Of a DNA stretch of 64,000 nucleotides, positions 50,827-63,846 are shown one piece after another (within the stretch, counting starts at the first letter, position 1; each line of letters starts with the position of its first letter). The notes below the pieces were generated by a model. The model searched no databases. It worked only from the letters and a program-made list of their open reading frames with translations, and was not told the DNA's origin. Source of the stretch: Octopus vulgaris (lineage: Eukaryota); NCBI GenBank assembly GCA_951406725.2, contig OX597821.1:62434001-62498000 (forward strand). Direction: 5' to 3'. The position numbers were made by a program, and so were the translations under genes.

Positions 50827-51110
50827 TAAGTAATTAAGGGTTTAGCAACGATTTGCCTCACCACACACCGAATTTAGAAATAGCAGTCAAAGAGTTATAA
50901 CTAGTCTTTCTACTAAAAGGGAGATCTCAGTAAAACCACAGCACTTGAAAGGCAAACACAAACAGGCCTGTTTGTGTTTACCTTTCAAGTGCTGTGGTTT
51001 TACTGAGATCTCCCTTTTAGTAGAAAGACTAGTTATAACTCTTTGACTGCTATTTCTAAATTCGGTGTGTGGTGAGGCAAATCGTTGCTAAACCCTTAAT
51101 TACTTAGTAT
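50823..51110. repeat. 288-bp near-perfect palindrome (144-bp arms, no spacer, one mismatch)
   Basis: Centre agg|cct at 50966/50967; the only mismatch seen is c50953/a50980. The right arm continues ~95 bp further before the next (TA)n. Confidence 0.97.
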
Positions 51111-51202
51111 TACTTAAACTTTCCTCGAACGAGGCTTTTACATGCCGAAATCTACTTGGTGAAATTAATGATTATTCCAAATTAATTAGTTTTACCCTAT
51201 TT

Positions 51203-51250
<48 letters not shown>

Positions 51251-51254
<4 letters not shown>

Positions 51255-51432
51255 TTAAAAAGCGGCAGAAATTTTGTTAAAAAAACAAAACTGTCCGATG
51301 AAGGAGAACGGGAAACTCCGAGTAACAGGTTTTGTTGAATTTCTGCTGCTTTCAAATAAAGCATATTACTCTACCCCTGGTATTTGAGTACTCATTTTCC
51401 CACCTTGTTTCACATTTATGTGTTTACTCCGG
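51251..51432 (+). repeat. Short element with a partial inverted repeat and hammerhead-like core, between (TA)n tracts
   Basis: ttatttaaaaagcggcagaaatt pairs with aatttctgctgctttcaaataa; internal CCGATGA...GAAAC. Confidence 0.55.
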
Positions 51433-51485
51433 TATATATATATATATATGTAAATATATATATGTATATATATGATATATGTATG

Positions 51486-51518
<33 letters not shown>

Positions 51519-51522
<4 letters not shown>

Positions 51523-51851
51523 GGTAAAGACCCCCTTCGGTCATGAATGACCATGAGATTGCACCTAGAAAGTTACCCTCCTAGACACAAGTCCGGGCAA
51601 GGTTGTTTATAGAAGACCAGCAGTCGCCCATGCATACCAGCCTCCCCTCTCCACGCCACCAGTGTTATCCAAGAGAAAGACAAAGGTCGATACGTCTTGG
51701 CACCAGAGACGTCGCAACTCATTTCTACAGCTGAGTGAACTGGAGCAACGTGAAATAAAGTGCCTTGCTCAAGAACACAACACGCAGCCCGGTCCGGGAT
51801 TCGAGCTCACAACCTCACGATCGTAAGCTCGACGCTCTAACCACTGAGCCA
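51519..51851 (-). mobile_element. tRNA-derived SINE family D
   Basis: Minus strand TGGCTCAGTGGttagagcgtcgagcttacgatcgtgaggttgtGAGCTCGAATCCcgg (A/B boxes), then ttgagcaaggcacttt...; ends ...ggggtctttacccttta(TA)n. Confidence 0.85.
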
Positions 51852-52052
51852 TATATATATATATATATATATATGACGGGCTTCTTTCAGCCTCATGTGG
51901 TTGGGGAGAGAGCTTTAAACTACACAGCCACAATATAGAAAGAGAGAGAGAGAGGAGAAAGAGCAAGTGAGAGAGGATAAGAAATAATTCGTGTTCATAT
52001 TGAGCAACACAAGCACACACGTATATGCAGCTAGTGCATGAGACTGCTTATA

Positions 52053-52272
52053 TACGAGGGGCTGCTGAAAAGATCCCGGCTTTAAGGGTGTGCTAGTAGG
52101 CCCAACCCTCCGAGTTGTTTTACTGAGTTTACAGGAGATGAAGGGTCGCTGCTGTAAGTGTATGAATCTCAGAGTAGAATATGTTGAATAGAAGCATAAT
52201 AAAACCAGACTTAACTGATCATCCTGTATTTTCTTTTACTCCGAGCCAGCAACTTTTAACCAACCCCTTGTG
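52053..52272 (+). mobile_element. Mariner-derived MITE
   Basis: TIR TACGAGGGgctgctgaaaag / cttttaaccaaccccttgtg; internal GRCCKCMNLRVEYVE* matches the mariner transposase C-terminus RWxKCxxxxGxYVE. Confidence 0.75.
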
Positions 52273-52285
52273 TGTGTATGTGTGT

Positions 52286-52363
<78 letters not shown>

Positions 52364-52650
52364 GTGTGTCTACGCGCGCGTGTGTATATCTATATGTACA
52401 GAGTATACTAACTGGTGAATCTTTTAACGCGTTTAAGAAAGAAGTAATCAACGTTATATTCAAATACATAGGTCTGTCTCGGTTTCCAGTAAGAAAGAAT
52501 GTATCGAACATATGTACCTACATACATACATACATACATACATACATACATACATACATACATACATGCATACATACATACATACATACATACATACATA
52601 CATACATACATACATGCATACATGCATACATACATACATACATACATACA

Positions 52651-52682
<32 letters not shown>

Positions 52683-53371
52683 CATCCAAAAGTCTGCCGG
52701 TGGAGACTAGATAACCACTGTTATATAGAAAATACTCAATTATCCTATGTGTATGTCGAATGAATATATTTTAAATGAAATCGACATGTACGGAATGGCT
52801 GTAATGTGTTGTTATCTCTTCAGAATGTTTAGTTAATATGAAGCAAAGTCCAAATCTGAATAGTAACTGATTGAAATTGAAAACAAAACAGCGCAAACTA
52901 ACACGGAAAAAAGTTTGATTTAACATATATTCAAAATAGTGAAAGTGAAAAATAATAAATTGGATTGAGAAATAGGAACATTGTATGAAGACATGGAATA
53001 AAAACAAAAAAGTGTTAGTGAACATGTACAAATGAAACACATACTCACTAGCAAAGAGTTACACAAGTTGTTGACAGCGATGGAAGAAAGCCCTTGGTTG
53101 AGAAGATGTATGTCTCGTACTTTCGACGATGAATTTGAGATGGCTATTTGAGTAAAGTTATATTAGCAACGAAGATGTGTAAAATCGCATGGTTTATAAT
53201 CATTCTTGTTTATTTAGGTCATAGAAAGTATAATCCAATTAAAATTTTAAAATATCATTTTATTGACGACCAAATGTATACAGCAAAGCCGTTCGACTCT
53301 TTCGGATTGAATTTATAAAGGAATACCAGTGTAGATAAAATCTTAAATGAAACGGCTTTAAAGTCATACAA

Positions 53372-53493
<122 letters not shown>

Positions 53494-53720
53494 TATTTTC
53501 CCGCTACTTACAGTTATAGAGTTTTTTTAGGTATCGAAATTGTTCAGTTTGTAAACGAATGTTATGGAAGTGAAATATGAATCAAAATATGCTAACAATG
53601 TATAATGCGAAGCCCAACGAAGAGTCGAAGTTCGGTAAATTCATTTGAGGCTTGAATCAAATAAATATGGAAGACAAACTGGCAACCTCTAAGCACTCAC
53701 AACCCTGCTAGATATGATAG

Positions 53721-53960
53721 CCAATTGTAAAAGGTAAGAGAGTCCAGTTTGCTGGACATTGTTGTAGAGCTGAAAAAGAGGTAATTTCTACTCTTCTCCT
53801 CTGGAAGCCATCTACTCGCAATACCAGAGGGCCCACACTCTCCTACCCTGGTGTAATCTCCAGGGATACAGGCATTCAGCAACAGGACCTCCGTAATGCC
53901 ATGATAGACCGTGAAGTCTGGCGTAGCATGGTAAATTCCATTGTCTCAACCACGGTCGAT
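53721..53960 (+). mobile_element. RTE/RTE-X-like LINE 3' end
   Basis: Open frame PIVKGKRVQFAGHCCRAEKEVISTLLLWKPSTRNTRGPTLSYPGVISRDTGIQQQDLRNAMIDREVWRSMV. Confidence 0.8.
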
Positions 53961-54179
53961 GTAAGATTGCTTGTAGCTTTGCTTCACTAGGACTTGCTTG
54001 TGTATACGGAAGAAAGGAACGTAATCACTTTTTTCCCAGGGTAATTTTTATGTAAATAACACAAATAACAAATAAATAGGTATGTACCATTTGTGTTTTA
54101 CTATAAACGTTACCTTCAGTCTGGGGTTATTCTAAACTCTAAACATTGTAATTTAGTACAATTATCAATGATGATAATA

Positions 54180-54236
<57 letters not shown>

Positions 54237-54833
54237 GGACAGTATCTACATTGGAAAATTTGTAAGTACTACAGATTCAGCACTCCTACTTACTGCTACA
54301 TCATCAATTGAGCCAGTCGTCGAAGGTAAAATGCCACTATCCTCTGGGGTTTTCCAGTCAACACTGACAGAAAGATCCAGGCTAATCGGCCAGTCAATTA
54401 TTAATGACAGGGAATAAAATACTTGTATATAAATAGATGTAAGTGTACCCAGTGATAAAAATATATCTGACAAGGAATTTGACAAACTGAGTAAATATAA
54501 GGATCTGGAAATTGAAATACAAAAGATGTAGTATCTGAATACGTGATTGTTATTTAGGTGCCCGAAGTATGATAAAAAAAGGGATGTCAGAATCATCTAG
54601 ATAATATCCCATGAGAACCACGTCTCACAGAAATACTTGTGCTGACAAGTAATGCCAACATCCTTAGAAGAACTCTATCCATTTAAACGTTTGTTATATT
54701 ATATGATGATATTTCACTACATCCCCTCCCCAAACTTTCAGTCATATTGTAACATCTCTTATCCTTCATTCTCTCCCAGGACGCTGGGTGAATCCCGGTA
54801 AATGAATGTAGCAAAGATACAGATGAAATGTAA
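54237..54833 (+). mobile_element. R4/Dong-like LINE 3' part (RLE domain + 3' UTR), third subfamily
   Basis: GQYLHWKICKYY, ILWGFPVNTDRKIQANRP, IDVSVPSDKNISDKEFDKLSKYKDLEIEIQKM; preceded by (GAT)n and followed by (CAA/TAA)n. Confidence 0.85.
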
Positions 54834-54850
54834 CAACAACAACAATAATA

Positions 54851-55399
54851 AATGCTCTGATGCAGTACCAGGCAGGGGCTCTCTTGGCTTCTGATCTTAG
54901 CTGATTGGAAATGTTATCATGCACATTGTTTGTCTTGCTATAAAAAATGGGCTATAGCAAATATTCTGCTCAATACCACAGATTTGCTTGTCAGTTGTTT
55001 GACCTTAACCAGTTGACCATATCCCTTAGTGGCTGACAATATGTGCATCTCTGATCACGAGCTGAAGTAGTGGGGAAGCATCATAGCTGTGTGTTGAAAG
55101 TAATTCTTATAGGTTTGGATAATTCACCTTTGGAAACATGGTTGTTTCGTTCAACATCCTTCCTTATTCAGGGACCTTTTGAGCGGGATGGGCTACTCAA
55201 CGAGGAGAAAATTGTAACTGGCCCCCACCTGCAAGGTCATGCGCTGTTTATCTTGATATGAGATCACCATATCGCGCACATTTGGTTGTGATGCATGTAC
55301 CTGGTGTAACCTTAAGAGACAGGTATTCATGATCGGTATACTGGGCTTCGTATATTTTACCCCAGCGTCACTTTGATGGCATGCACTGCTCTCTCACTC

Positions 55400-55400
<1 letters not shown>
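54851..55400. mobile_element. Family T, copy 3 (apparently complete)
   Basis: From aatgctctgatgcagtaccaggc to tgcactgctctctcactca; flanked by (CAA/TAA)n and (AAT)n. Confidence 0.9.
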
Positions 55401-55455
<55 letters not shown>

Positions 55456-55670
55456 TGATGATGATGATGATGATGATGAGGCTAACGGCTAATAGATTGG
55501 GGAAATCAGTAGAATGTCAAACAATATGGCTTGATATAGTTATTCTGGCTCTCTAAGTTCAGGGTTTAAATACCAACGTTTTGAAATTTGTCATTTCTAG
55601 TGCGAAATTTGTCATTTCTCCAAGAAATTTAAAATTTAACTTATATAGATGCGTTTTCAAACTTCTATTT

Positions 55671-55728
<58 letters not shown>

Positions 55729-55786
55729 TGTGTGTATGTATGTATGAATACCTACACACACACATTATAAACATATAGGTAGATAT

Positions 55787-55886
55787 ACGACGATCTACTT
55801 TCAGTTTCCATCTTCCAAATCCACTCGCGAGTCCTAGGTCGGCCTAAGGCTATAACATAATTCACTAGCCCAAGGTGCTTCGCTAC
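55787..55886 (-). mobile_element. SINE family B, 5'-half fragment
   Basis: tttcagtttccatcttccaaatccactc...ggtcggcctaaggctata...gcccaaggtgc. Confidence 0.65.
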
Positions 55887-56058
55887 TATATATATATATA
55901 TATATATCTGTGTGTGGTTATAGGTGTCCATCACTCTTAGACTGTCTGTCTCACTTCCTCTTCCTTTCTTCCTTCCTTCCTTCCTTCGTTCCTTCATTTC
56001 TTTCTTTCTTTCTCTCTTTCCTTTTCTTTCTTTCTCGCCATCTCTTCTCTCTCTCTCC

Positions 56059-56093
<35 letters not shown>

Positions 56094-56095
<2 letters not shown>

Positions 56096-56285
56096 ACGGA
56101 GATGTACTTGCATAGCAATTGCCCTAATCTGAGACCGTGTGCTGGTACAAAATCAATTGCAGCATGGAAGGTGTTTAAAAGCCGTTTAAGAGAAAAAAAA
56201 ATTTAATCTAAATGTTGAAGTGAATGTAAGCGTTTTTGTGTGTTTCTTAAATGGCTTATAAACACCTTCCACGCTGCAAGTGTTT
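56094..56285. repeat. Short element with a 35-bp inverted repeat, adjacent to (TA)n
   Basis: ttgcagcatggaaggtgtttaaaagccgtttaaga (56157-56191) pairs with tcttaaatggcttataaacaccttccacgctgcaa (56245-56279). Confidence 0.75.
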
Positions 56286-56291
56286 ATATAA

Positions 56292-56504
56292 AGGGCGGCA
56301 AGCTGGCAGAATCGTTAGCACGCCGGGCGAAATGCTTAGTGGTATTTCGTCTGCCGTTATGTTCTGAGATCAAATTCCGCCGAGGTCGACTTCGCCTTTC
56401 ATCCTTTCGGAGTTGATTAAATAAGTACCAGTTACGCACTGGGGTCGATGTAATCTTAATCCGTTTGTCTGTCCTTGTTTGTCCCCTCTATGTGGGCGAT
56501 AAAG

Positions 56505-56507
<3 letters not shown>
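56292..56507 (+). mobile_element. SINE family A, full-length reference copy
   Basis: ggcggcaagcTGGCAGAATCGttagcacgccgggcgaaatgc...GAGATCAAATTCC (A/B boxes), core cctttcatcctttcgg, tail tgtctgtccttgtttgtcccc...aaagaaat(AT)n. Confidence 0.92.
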
Positions 56508-56579
<72 letters not shown>

Positions 56580-57025
56580 CATATTTTCTTTCTTTCTTGT
56601 ATATATTTATCTATGAATGTGCCTATGTGTATGACTGTGCACACATGCACACGCACACACACACACACAATCACAAGCACATACAAACATACACACACAC
56701 TTAATCGCACATATCTAAGCACATGTGTTCGTACGAGTGTATGTATATTAATTCAGCATGTCAAATGTGTGCGCGTGTACTTAAGTATAAATATATAAGC
56801 GCTTGCTCGCGAGTATCATACGTATGAATAACTATGCTTTTATATCTCTTTCCTCTAAATATGTTCCACTTCCTATATATACATATGCATATATATATGT
56901 ATATATATACATACGTACACACTCACACACATACATACACAAATATACTCATGCATGCACATATGCATTGGTATATATCTCTACACAGACATGTATATGC
57001 CTGGGTGTATGTTGTTCGTGTGTAT

Positions 57026-57098
<73 letters not shown>

Positions 57099-57145
57099 GA
57101 TATATACATATGCATAAATGGGTATAGAACGTCATATATACATGC

Positions 57146-57186
<41 letters not shown>

Positions 57187-57299
57187 CATATATCCCTTAG
57201 TCCGAAACAATGTCCGCTAGTTCACTACTAGCAGAAAAGCTGATACATCAACCACATTTCCGTGAACATCATCTGTCTCACCACAAACACACAAAGCTT

Positions 57300-58030
57300 T
57301 AGCAACAGTATTACCAGCATTTGTTGTTGTTGCTGTTGTTGTTGTTGCTGCTGCTGGTGCTGCTGCTGCTACTGCTGCTGGTGCTGTTGTTACTGGTGGA
57401 GTGGTTGAGTTCGTAGTAAGACTAGTGTGCGCGACTGCAGCAGAGTTAGCAGCTGCATCACGATTCAATGGAGTAGCAGAATGTAAGAAGACTAGCATCA
57501 CTTGCTGTGGTGGTTTATAGAAGAAGTAGTGATAGTTGTAGTGGTAATATTAGTAGTATTATTAGTGGTAACAATCGCTGTAGTTCTAATAGTAGTAGAG
57601 TTAGAAGTAGTATTAAAATACACCACCACCGACACCAACATCATCATCATCAACAGCAGCAGCAGCGTGATTATCAACATCAGCAGCGGCGGCGGTGGCG
57701 GGAGCCGCGGCAGTACCAGCAGCAGTGCCACCACCTGCAGCAGTACCAGTTTCAAACAAACAACATCACCACCGACCTCACCATCATCATCAGCAGCATC
57801 AGCATCGTCATCATTAGCATCGTTATTAGGATAATCATCATCAGCAATATCATTATCATCGTCGTCGTCGTCGTCGTCGTCATCGTATTAATCACACTAA
57901 TCGCCGTAATCACCATAATCAGCATCATTCATCATTCATCAACAGCAACACAACGGCATCGACGATACAACAACACCCATAACAATAACCACACGGAAAC
58001 ACCGCACACAAGAACCACCGCTTGATAACA
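57300..58030. repeat. GC-richer mosaic of trinucleotide repeats (GTT, GCT, TAG, CAC, CAG, GGC, CAT, CGT)
   Basis: Directly visible low-complexity mosaic. Confidence 0.8.
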
Positions 58031-58374
58031 TATTACCTCACACAGACTTACTACCACAATAACAGCGTCACGAACAAAACAAACACAGCAAAACAAGAAC
58101 AAAACAAACCAAAAAAGAAAGGAAAAAATAACAAAAGAATCGATAAAAGCAGGAAAAATATGAAACATATATAGCTCAGCAAACACCTCAATAATTAAAG
58201 CAACAAAACGCAATTTCGTTCAATACCCTTAATTAAACAAGAAATTTCCCCCAAGTGACTATACGACCGAAAATAATTATAAGCAATTTTTCGAAGCTAA
58301 CAAGTGTTCACATATTTCCTTAACCCAATAGAAAACTTGTGGAGAAATATATACCAATTCTGTTCATCTGTCTA

Positions 58375-58441
<67 letters not shown>

Positions 58442-58546
58442 TTATTTATTTATTTATTTATTTATCTGTGAGTCTGTCTGCCTATCTATCTATCTATAAA
58501 TATATTTCAATACTTTCGTTTCTCTTTCACCCTCTGGATAAATACA

Positions 58547-58580
<34 letters not shown>

Positions 58581-58689
58581 CACACATTTACAATCACTTT
58601 ACACGTACACAGACCTTTGTATGTATACATTCATGTGCTTGTATATATGTACGTATTTGATTGTTTATAAATACTTATAAATATATATA

Positions 58690-58745
<56 letters not shown>

Positions 58746-59181
58746 GTCCGATGTTTTCTATTCATCCATAAATTGGCCCCCAACTATTTAGCTATCTATC
58801 TATATATCGAATAATCGATTGATCTCTGCATTTCTCTCGCTCTCTTTCAATCACATATCAACTATTGTATGCATCTACTTAACAACGGACTAGCCATCAT
58901 TCTATCTTTCAAACTATCTTTATATCCAATGCTCCGGCTGTTTTCATCATAGCCTTACTTTCCACTTTCTTATGTGTTAATCTATACTTAACAATCAACC
59001 CCTCAGTCCATCAGTATGTCCATCTTCCAATTTCCTTTCTCAATGCATATCTTCTATTGATTTTCCTTCTATCTGTCGATATATCTCAAGTGATGTCTTA
59101 GCCTTTCGTCTAGCTTGTATATCCAGAATAATATCTACTGTTTTCAAAATAATCCATTTATTTACATTTTAGTAAGTGCCC

Positions 59182-59270
<89 letters not shown>

Positions 59271-59348
59271 GATCTATCGATCCATCTCTATATCTAGTTG
59301 AGGCAGTTGTTGTCATTCGTGTGTGCGTGTGTATATATACATACATAG

Positions 59349-59394
<46 letters not shown>

Positions 59395-60228
59395 ACATAT
59401 ATATATGTGTGCGTGCGTGTGTGTGTGTTTGTGTTTGTGTGATAGTTTGTACTCTGGTTGAATTCTTTCAAAATTCGCGTGTTTGCATTTCCAATACGTA
59501 ACATTCCTTCTTTCTTTTGCTCGTTCGTTCGTTCGTTCGTTCGTTCCTTCATTCCTTCCTTCCTTCGGTTTGCATTTCCCCATCAATCTTTTCTTCACTA
59601 TATGTCCAACTAATCCACAGCGAATGAAATATCCCCCGTTTTTATTTTTTTCTCCGGGAAAACTCTTTACAACTCTTGTAGAAGTATTAACAACCAGTTG
59701 AGTGTAAATAAAGCACCCCCGCCCCCCAATGTCTCGTTTCATTTTCCACAGACAACAGAGAAAACGTTGTGATACATTTTACACGCTGTCCTTTTATTGG
59801 TGACGCGAGTAGTTGCTGGTGCTGGTGCTGGTATTATTATTTAGTCCTATTAATATTGGTACCAGTTTATCTTAGTCGGTGGTTCGTTGGTTGCTCTGAT
59901 TTCTTTTTTTACTTTTCTGAAAATTCAACCGTTTATTTTTCTCTCTCTTTTTTTTGATTTCTTTTTTGTTTTTTTTTTCACAGTTCCTTTTCCTTGTGTT
60001 GGGGGGATGTCGACAACCTAGCTACAAATGTTTACCAGTGCTTCTTATAGTATTTGTCGGCGGCGCTGGAGGTAGTAGCTTCCTTAGTTGCAAAGAGCAG
60101 CAGTGACTATTGGAAGGGGAAGTGGTAGTAGTGGTGGTGGTGGTGGTGTTGGTGTTGGTGTTGGTGGTGTTGGCGACAGCGGTGATCGTTGTTATGTTGG
60201 TGATGGTGCTGGTTTAATTGCTGGAAAC

Positions 60229-60270
<42 letters not shown>

Positions 60271-61170
60271 CTTATACATATACAAATATATATATGTGAC
60301 GCCGGTGACGGTGGTGGCGGTGATAGCGGTCGTGATTATTGTGGTGGAGGTGTGAGAGTGCGTGTGTGTGTCTGTGTGCGCGTGCAAGCGATTGTGTTGC
60401 GTGAGTGAGTGCGTGCGTGCGTGCGTGCTTGTGTGCGTGTGTGAGTGCGTGTGTGCGTGTGTCTGTGTCTGTGTTTGTGTGTGCGCGCGTGCGTGCGTGC
60501 GAAATTGTATGTGTGTGTGTGTGTGTGAGTGTGTGTTTATGCTAGTGTGCATGTGCGTGTGTTTGGGGGGGCCTGCCTCTTGGTTAGCGGTCGTGTTGTA
60601 GTCATCATCTTCTCTTGTTTGCGTCGGTGCTGGGTGGTGGTGGTGGTGTCATCGAAGGTTGGCGGCGGCGGCGGTGCCGTTGACGGAGACGGAGACGGAG
60701 ACGGAGGCTGGAATGAATAAATAGTTAGTATCGGTATTGGTACTATAGTTGCGACGGAGGATGTTCTGATGGTGGTGGTTGGTGGAGGCGGCGTTGGTGG
60801 CGGTGACAGCAAAAGGTTTTTACACAGGGCAAAGTGACATATAAGCTAAAGGCAGCAGCTAAAACAAGGATACCTTCATTACGTATGTTCCCATGCTTGC
60901 TTTACTAACTCGACGTCGCATCATGACGTCCAAATTCACGTTGGTCCTTTTGCTCTACATCACTTTAAGGAATATACAACACACACTTGGTAAGCACATT
61001 TTTCACCTATCTCTCTCTCTCTTTCTTTCTCCCTCTCATTCAAATTTCATTCACCTCTCTCGTTCTTCTTTTTACCCACCTCTCTTTCACTCTGTTATTA
61101 TGTTCCTCCCACAGTTTTCTACGATGTTTTGGCTCTCTTTCAGGCTTCTTCCATGCATAGATATATATGT

Positions 61171-61219
<49 letters not shown>

Positions 61220-61223
61220 TATG

Positions 61224-61270
<47 letters not shown>

Positions 61271-61372
61271 ACATATATATCCACACACACACGTATATAT
61301 ATATATATATATATATATCAAAGTTCGGTGTGTGGTAAAGCAATTTTTTTGCTGAACCCTAATTATATAAAG

Positions 61373-61474
<102 letters not shown>

Positions 61475-62199
61475 ATGTAAACACACGCACATATATATGT
61501 GTGTATGTGTGTGAGATAATATATATATACATACATACATATATATATACATATATATGTATATATACACACATATATATATGTGTGTGTTTATATATAT
61601 GTGTATATATATACATGTGCATACATACATATATAAACATATATTAATACACACATCAACGTGTATATTTTATATATACATATATGCATATATATATACA
61701 CACACATATATATATATAAGCATGTATGTATAATTGTATGTATGTACGTATGTATATGCGCGCGCGTATGTGTATTATATATGTCAATGCTATATCAATA
61801 TCTTTTGTGTTAAAAGTGTATAACTGCTTACGTATAACGCATGCCTTACATATGTTTTTAACTGCTAATATCCAATATAATATTGAAGCAATTCTGTCAC
61901 ATGTTTAGAAACAAGTATCCCAGAAACAAAATAATGAAGTTTTATAAAATCCTGACGCATTTCTATGCACGGACACACACAGACGTACATAAAATAAACA
62001 CTAAGCACACACACACACACACACATGCGCGTGCGCTGACACATACAGAGAAACGCGCGTACACACAAACACATGAAGCCGCACACACACTCCCTCACAC
62101 TGAAACAGAGACACATGCACACACAAGCGTCCTCGCAAAAAAAGTAACATGTGTGTGATTGTTGATAGACTCATACACATATCTATGCGTGTGTCAGTT

Positions 62200-62205
62200 T
62201 GTCTG

Positions 62206-62270
<65 letters not shown>

Positions 62271-62603
62271 TTATCTATCTATCTATCGATCCGTCTGTCC
62301 GTCTGGCTGGCTGTCGGATTATCTGATTGTTTGTCTGTGTATCTTTCTGTCTGATTATCTATCTGTCTTTCTCTCCGTCCGTCTGTCTGTCCGTCCGTGC
62401 ATCTGATACACGACCCCTTTTAATCATTTTTTTACTTTCTTCTCACGACCCCTTTTGACCGGGATCTTATTTTGCTCCGTTTTTTCTATTTTCGAAAAGA
62501 AAAGCTCTGCATTGTATTTCGTACCCTCTGTGTTCGACTCTGTGTTGCTAATAACGAAACTTATCTATCTATCTATCTATCTCTCTATCTCTCTCTCTAT
62601 CTC

Positions 62604-62670
<67 letters not shown>

Positions 62671-62793
62671 GTCTGTCTGTCTGTCTGTCCATCCATATAT
62701 CTACCTGTTTGTCTGTCTGACTGTCTATGTGTCTCTATACATCTATCAGTCTATCTCTCTGTCTATCTGTCTGTCTGTCTATCTATCTCTCTG

Positions 62794-62844
<51 letters not shown>

Positions 62845-62876
62845 GTCTGTCTATCTATCTATATATATGTATATAT

Positions 62877-62930
<54 letters not shown>
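62200..62930. repeat. (TCTA)n/(TCTG)n/(TA)n compound microsatellite
   Basis: Directly visible. Confidence 0.95.
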
Positions 62931-62933
<3 letters not shown>

Positions 62934-63269
62934 CATATATTCGTATATCGTATTATATACTATGTCACATTTATACGTGTATACATCGATGAACATATGC
63001 ATCGATGAGAGAAATGGATATATCTATGTATAGGTACATGTGTATTGAATTGTATAGAAATAAACATGTAAGTCAGTGTGGTCATACGTGTATGCGTATG
63101 CAAGCCTCGACGATATTGTGCGCGTGTTTGTGTTGATATATAAGCAATTATGTATATAAAATGTTCCCTACATAACAATGTATACATCTGTATTGGAAAT
63201 ATGTGAGCGCTGTATCGATAGTTTGTCGAAGATGATCAAGCTCAGATGGTAAAGTGTAATAGTAGAGAT

Positions 63270-63580
63270 TATGACGATGATGATGATGATGATGATGAGG
63301 AGGAGGAGGAGGAGGAGGAGGACAACGATGATGATGATGACGATGATGGTGATGAGGACGTTCATCATGTTGATGATGATGATGATGATGACGATGACGG
63401 CGACGAAGCTGATGCTGATGATGTTGATTGTGGTAGTGGTGATGGTGGTGTTGGTGGAGATAGTAATGCTGGTGTTGATTATGACGAGGAGGAGGAAGCT
63501 GTAGCCGATGATGAGGGCGATCGTGATGATGATGATGACGATGTTGATGACGATGAGGATAATGATGATGTTGATGAGGA
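63270..63580. repeat. (GAT/GAG/GAC)n degenerate trinucleotide array
   Basis: Directly visible; source of the poly-D/E ORF at 63246-63710. Confidence 0.9.
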
Positions 63581-63712
63581 AAAGGGAACCGTTGGTATTG
63601 TTATTGAGGATCTGTACATACATACACAAATATACATACATGCATGTATATATATATATATACACACACACATAGACGCTCACACACAAGCAAAAAAAAA
63701 ACAACAATAAAT

Positions 63713-63713
63713 G

Positions 63714-63749
<36 letters not shown>

Positions 63750-63846
63750 AGTATATATATATATACACACACACACACAAGTATATATATATATACACAC
63801 ACACACAAGTATATATATATATATATACACACACACACAAGTATAT
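63713..63846. repeat. Higher-order minisatellite: ~30-bp unit g(TA)n(CA)nA, repeated 4 times
   Basis: gtatatatatatatacacacacacacacaa repeated with variable dinucleotide counts. Confidence 0.85.

Noticed and set aside
51780-51851. tRNA-like sequence (also at 17500-17575, 20428-20490 and 56292-56380)
   Set aside because: These are SINE heads: A/B boxes are present but they continue into SINE bodies and lack a complete cloverleaf.
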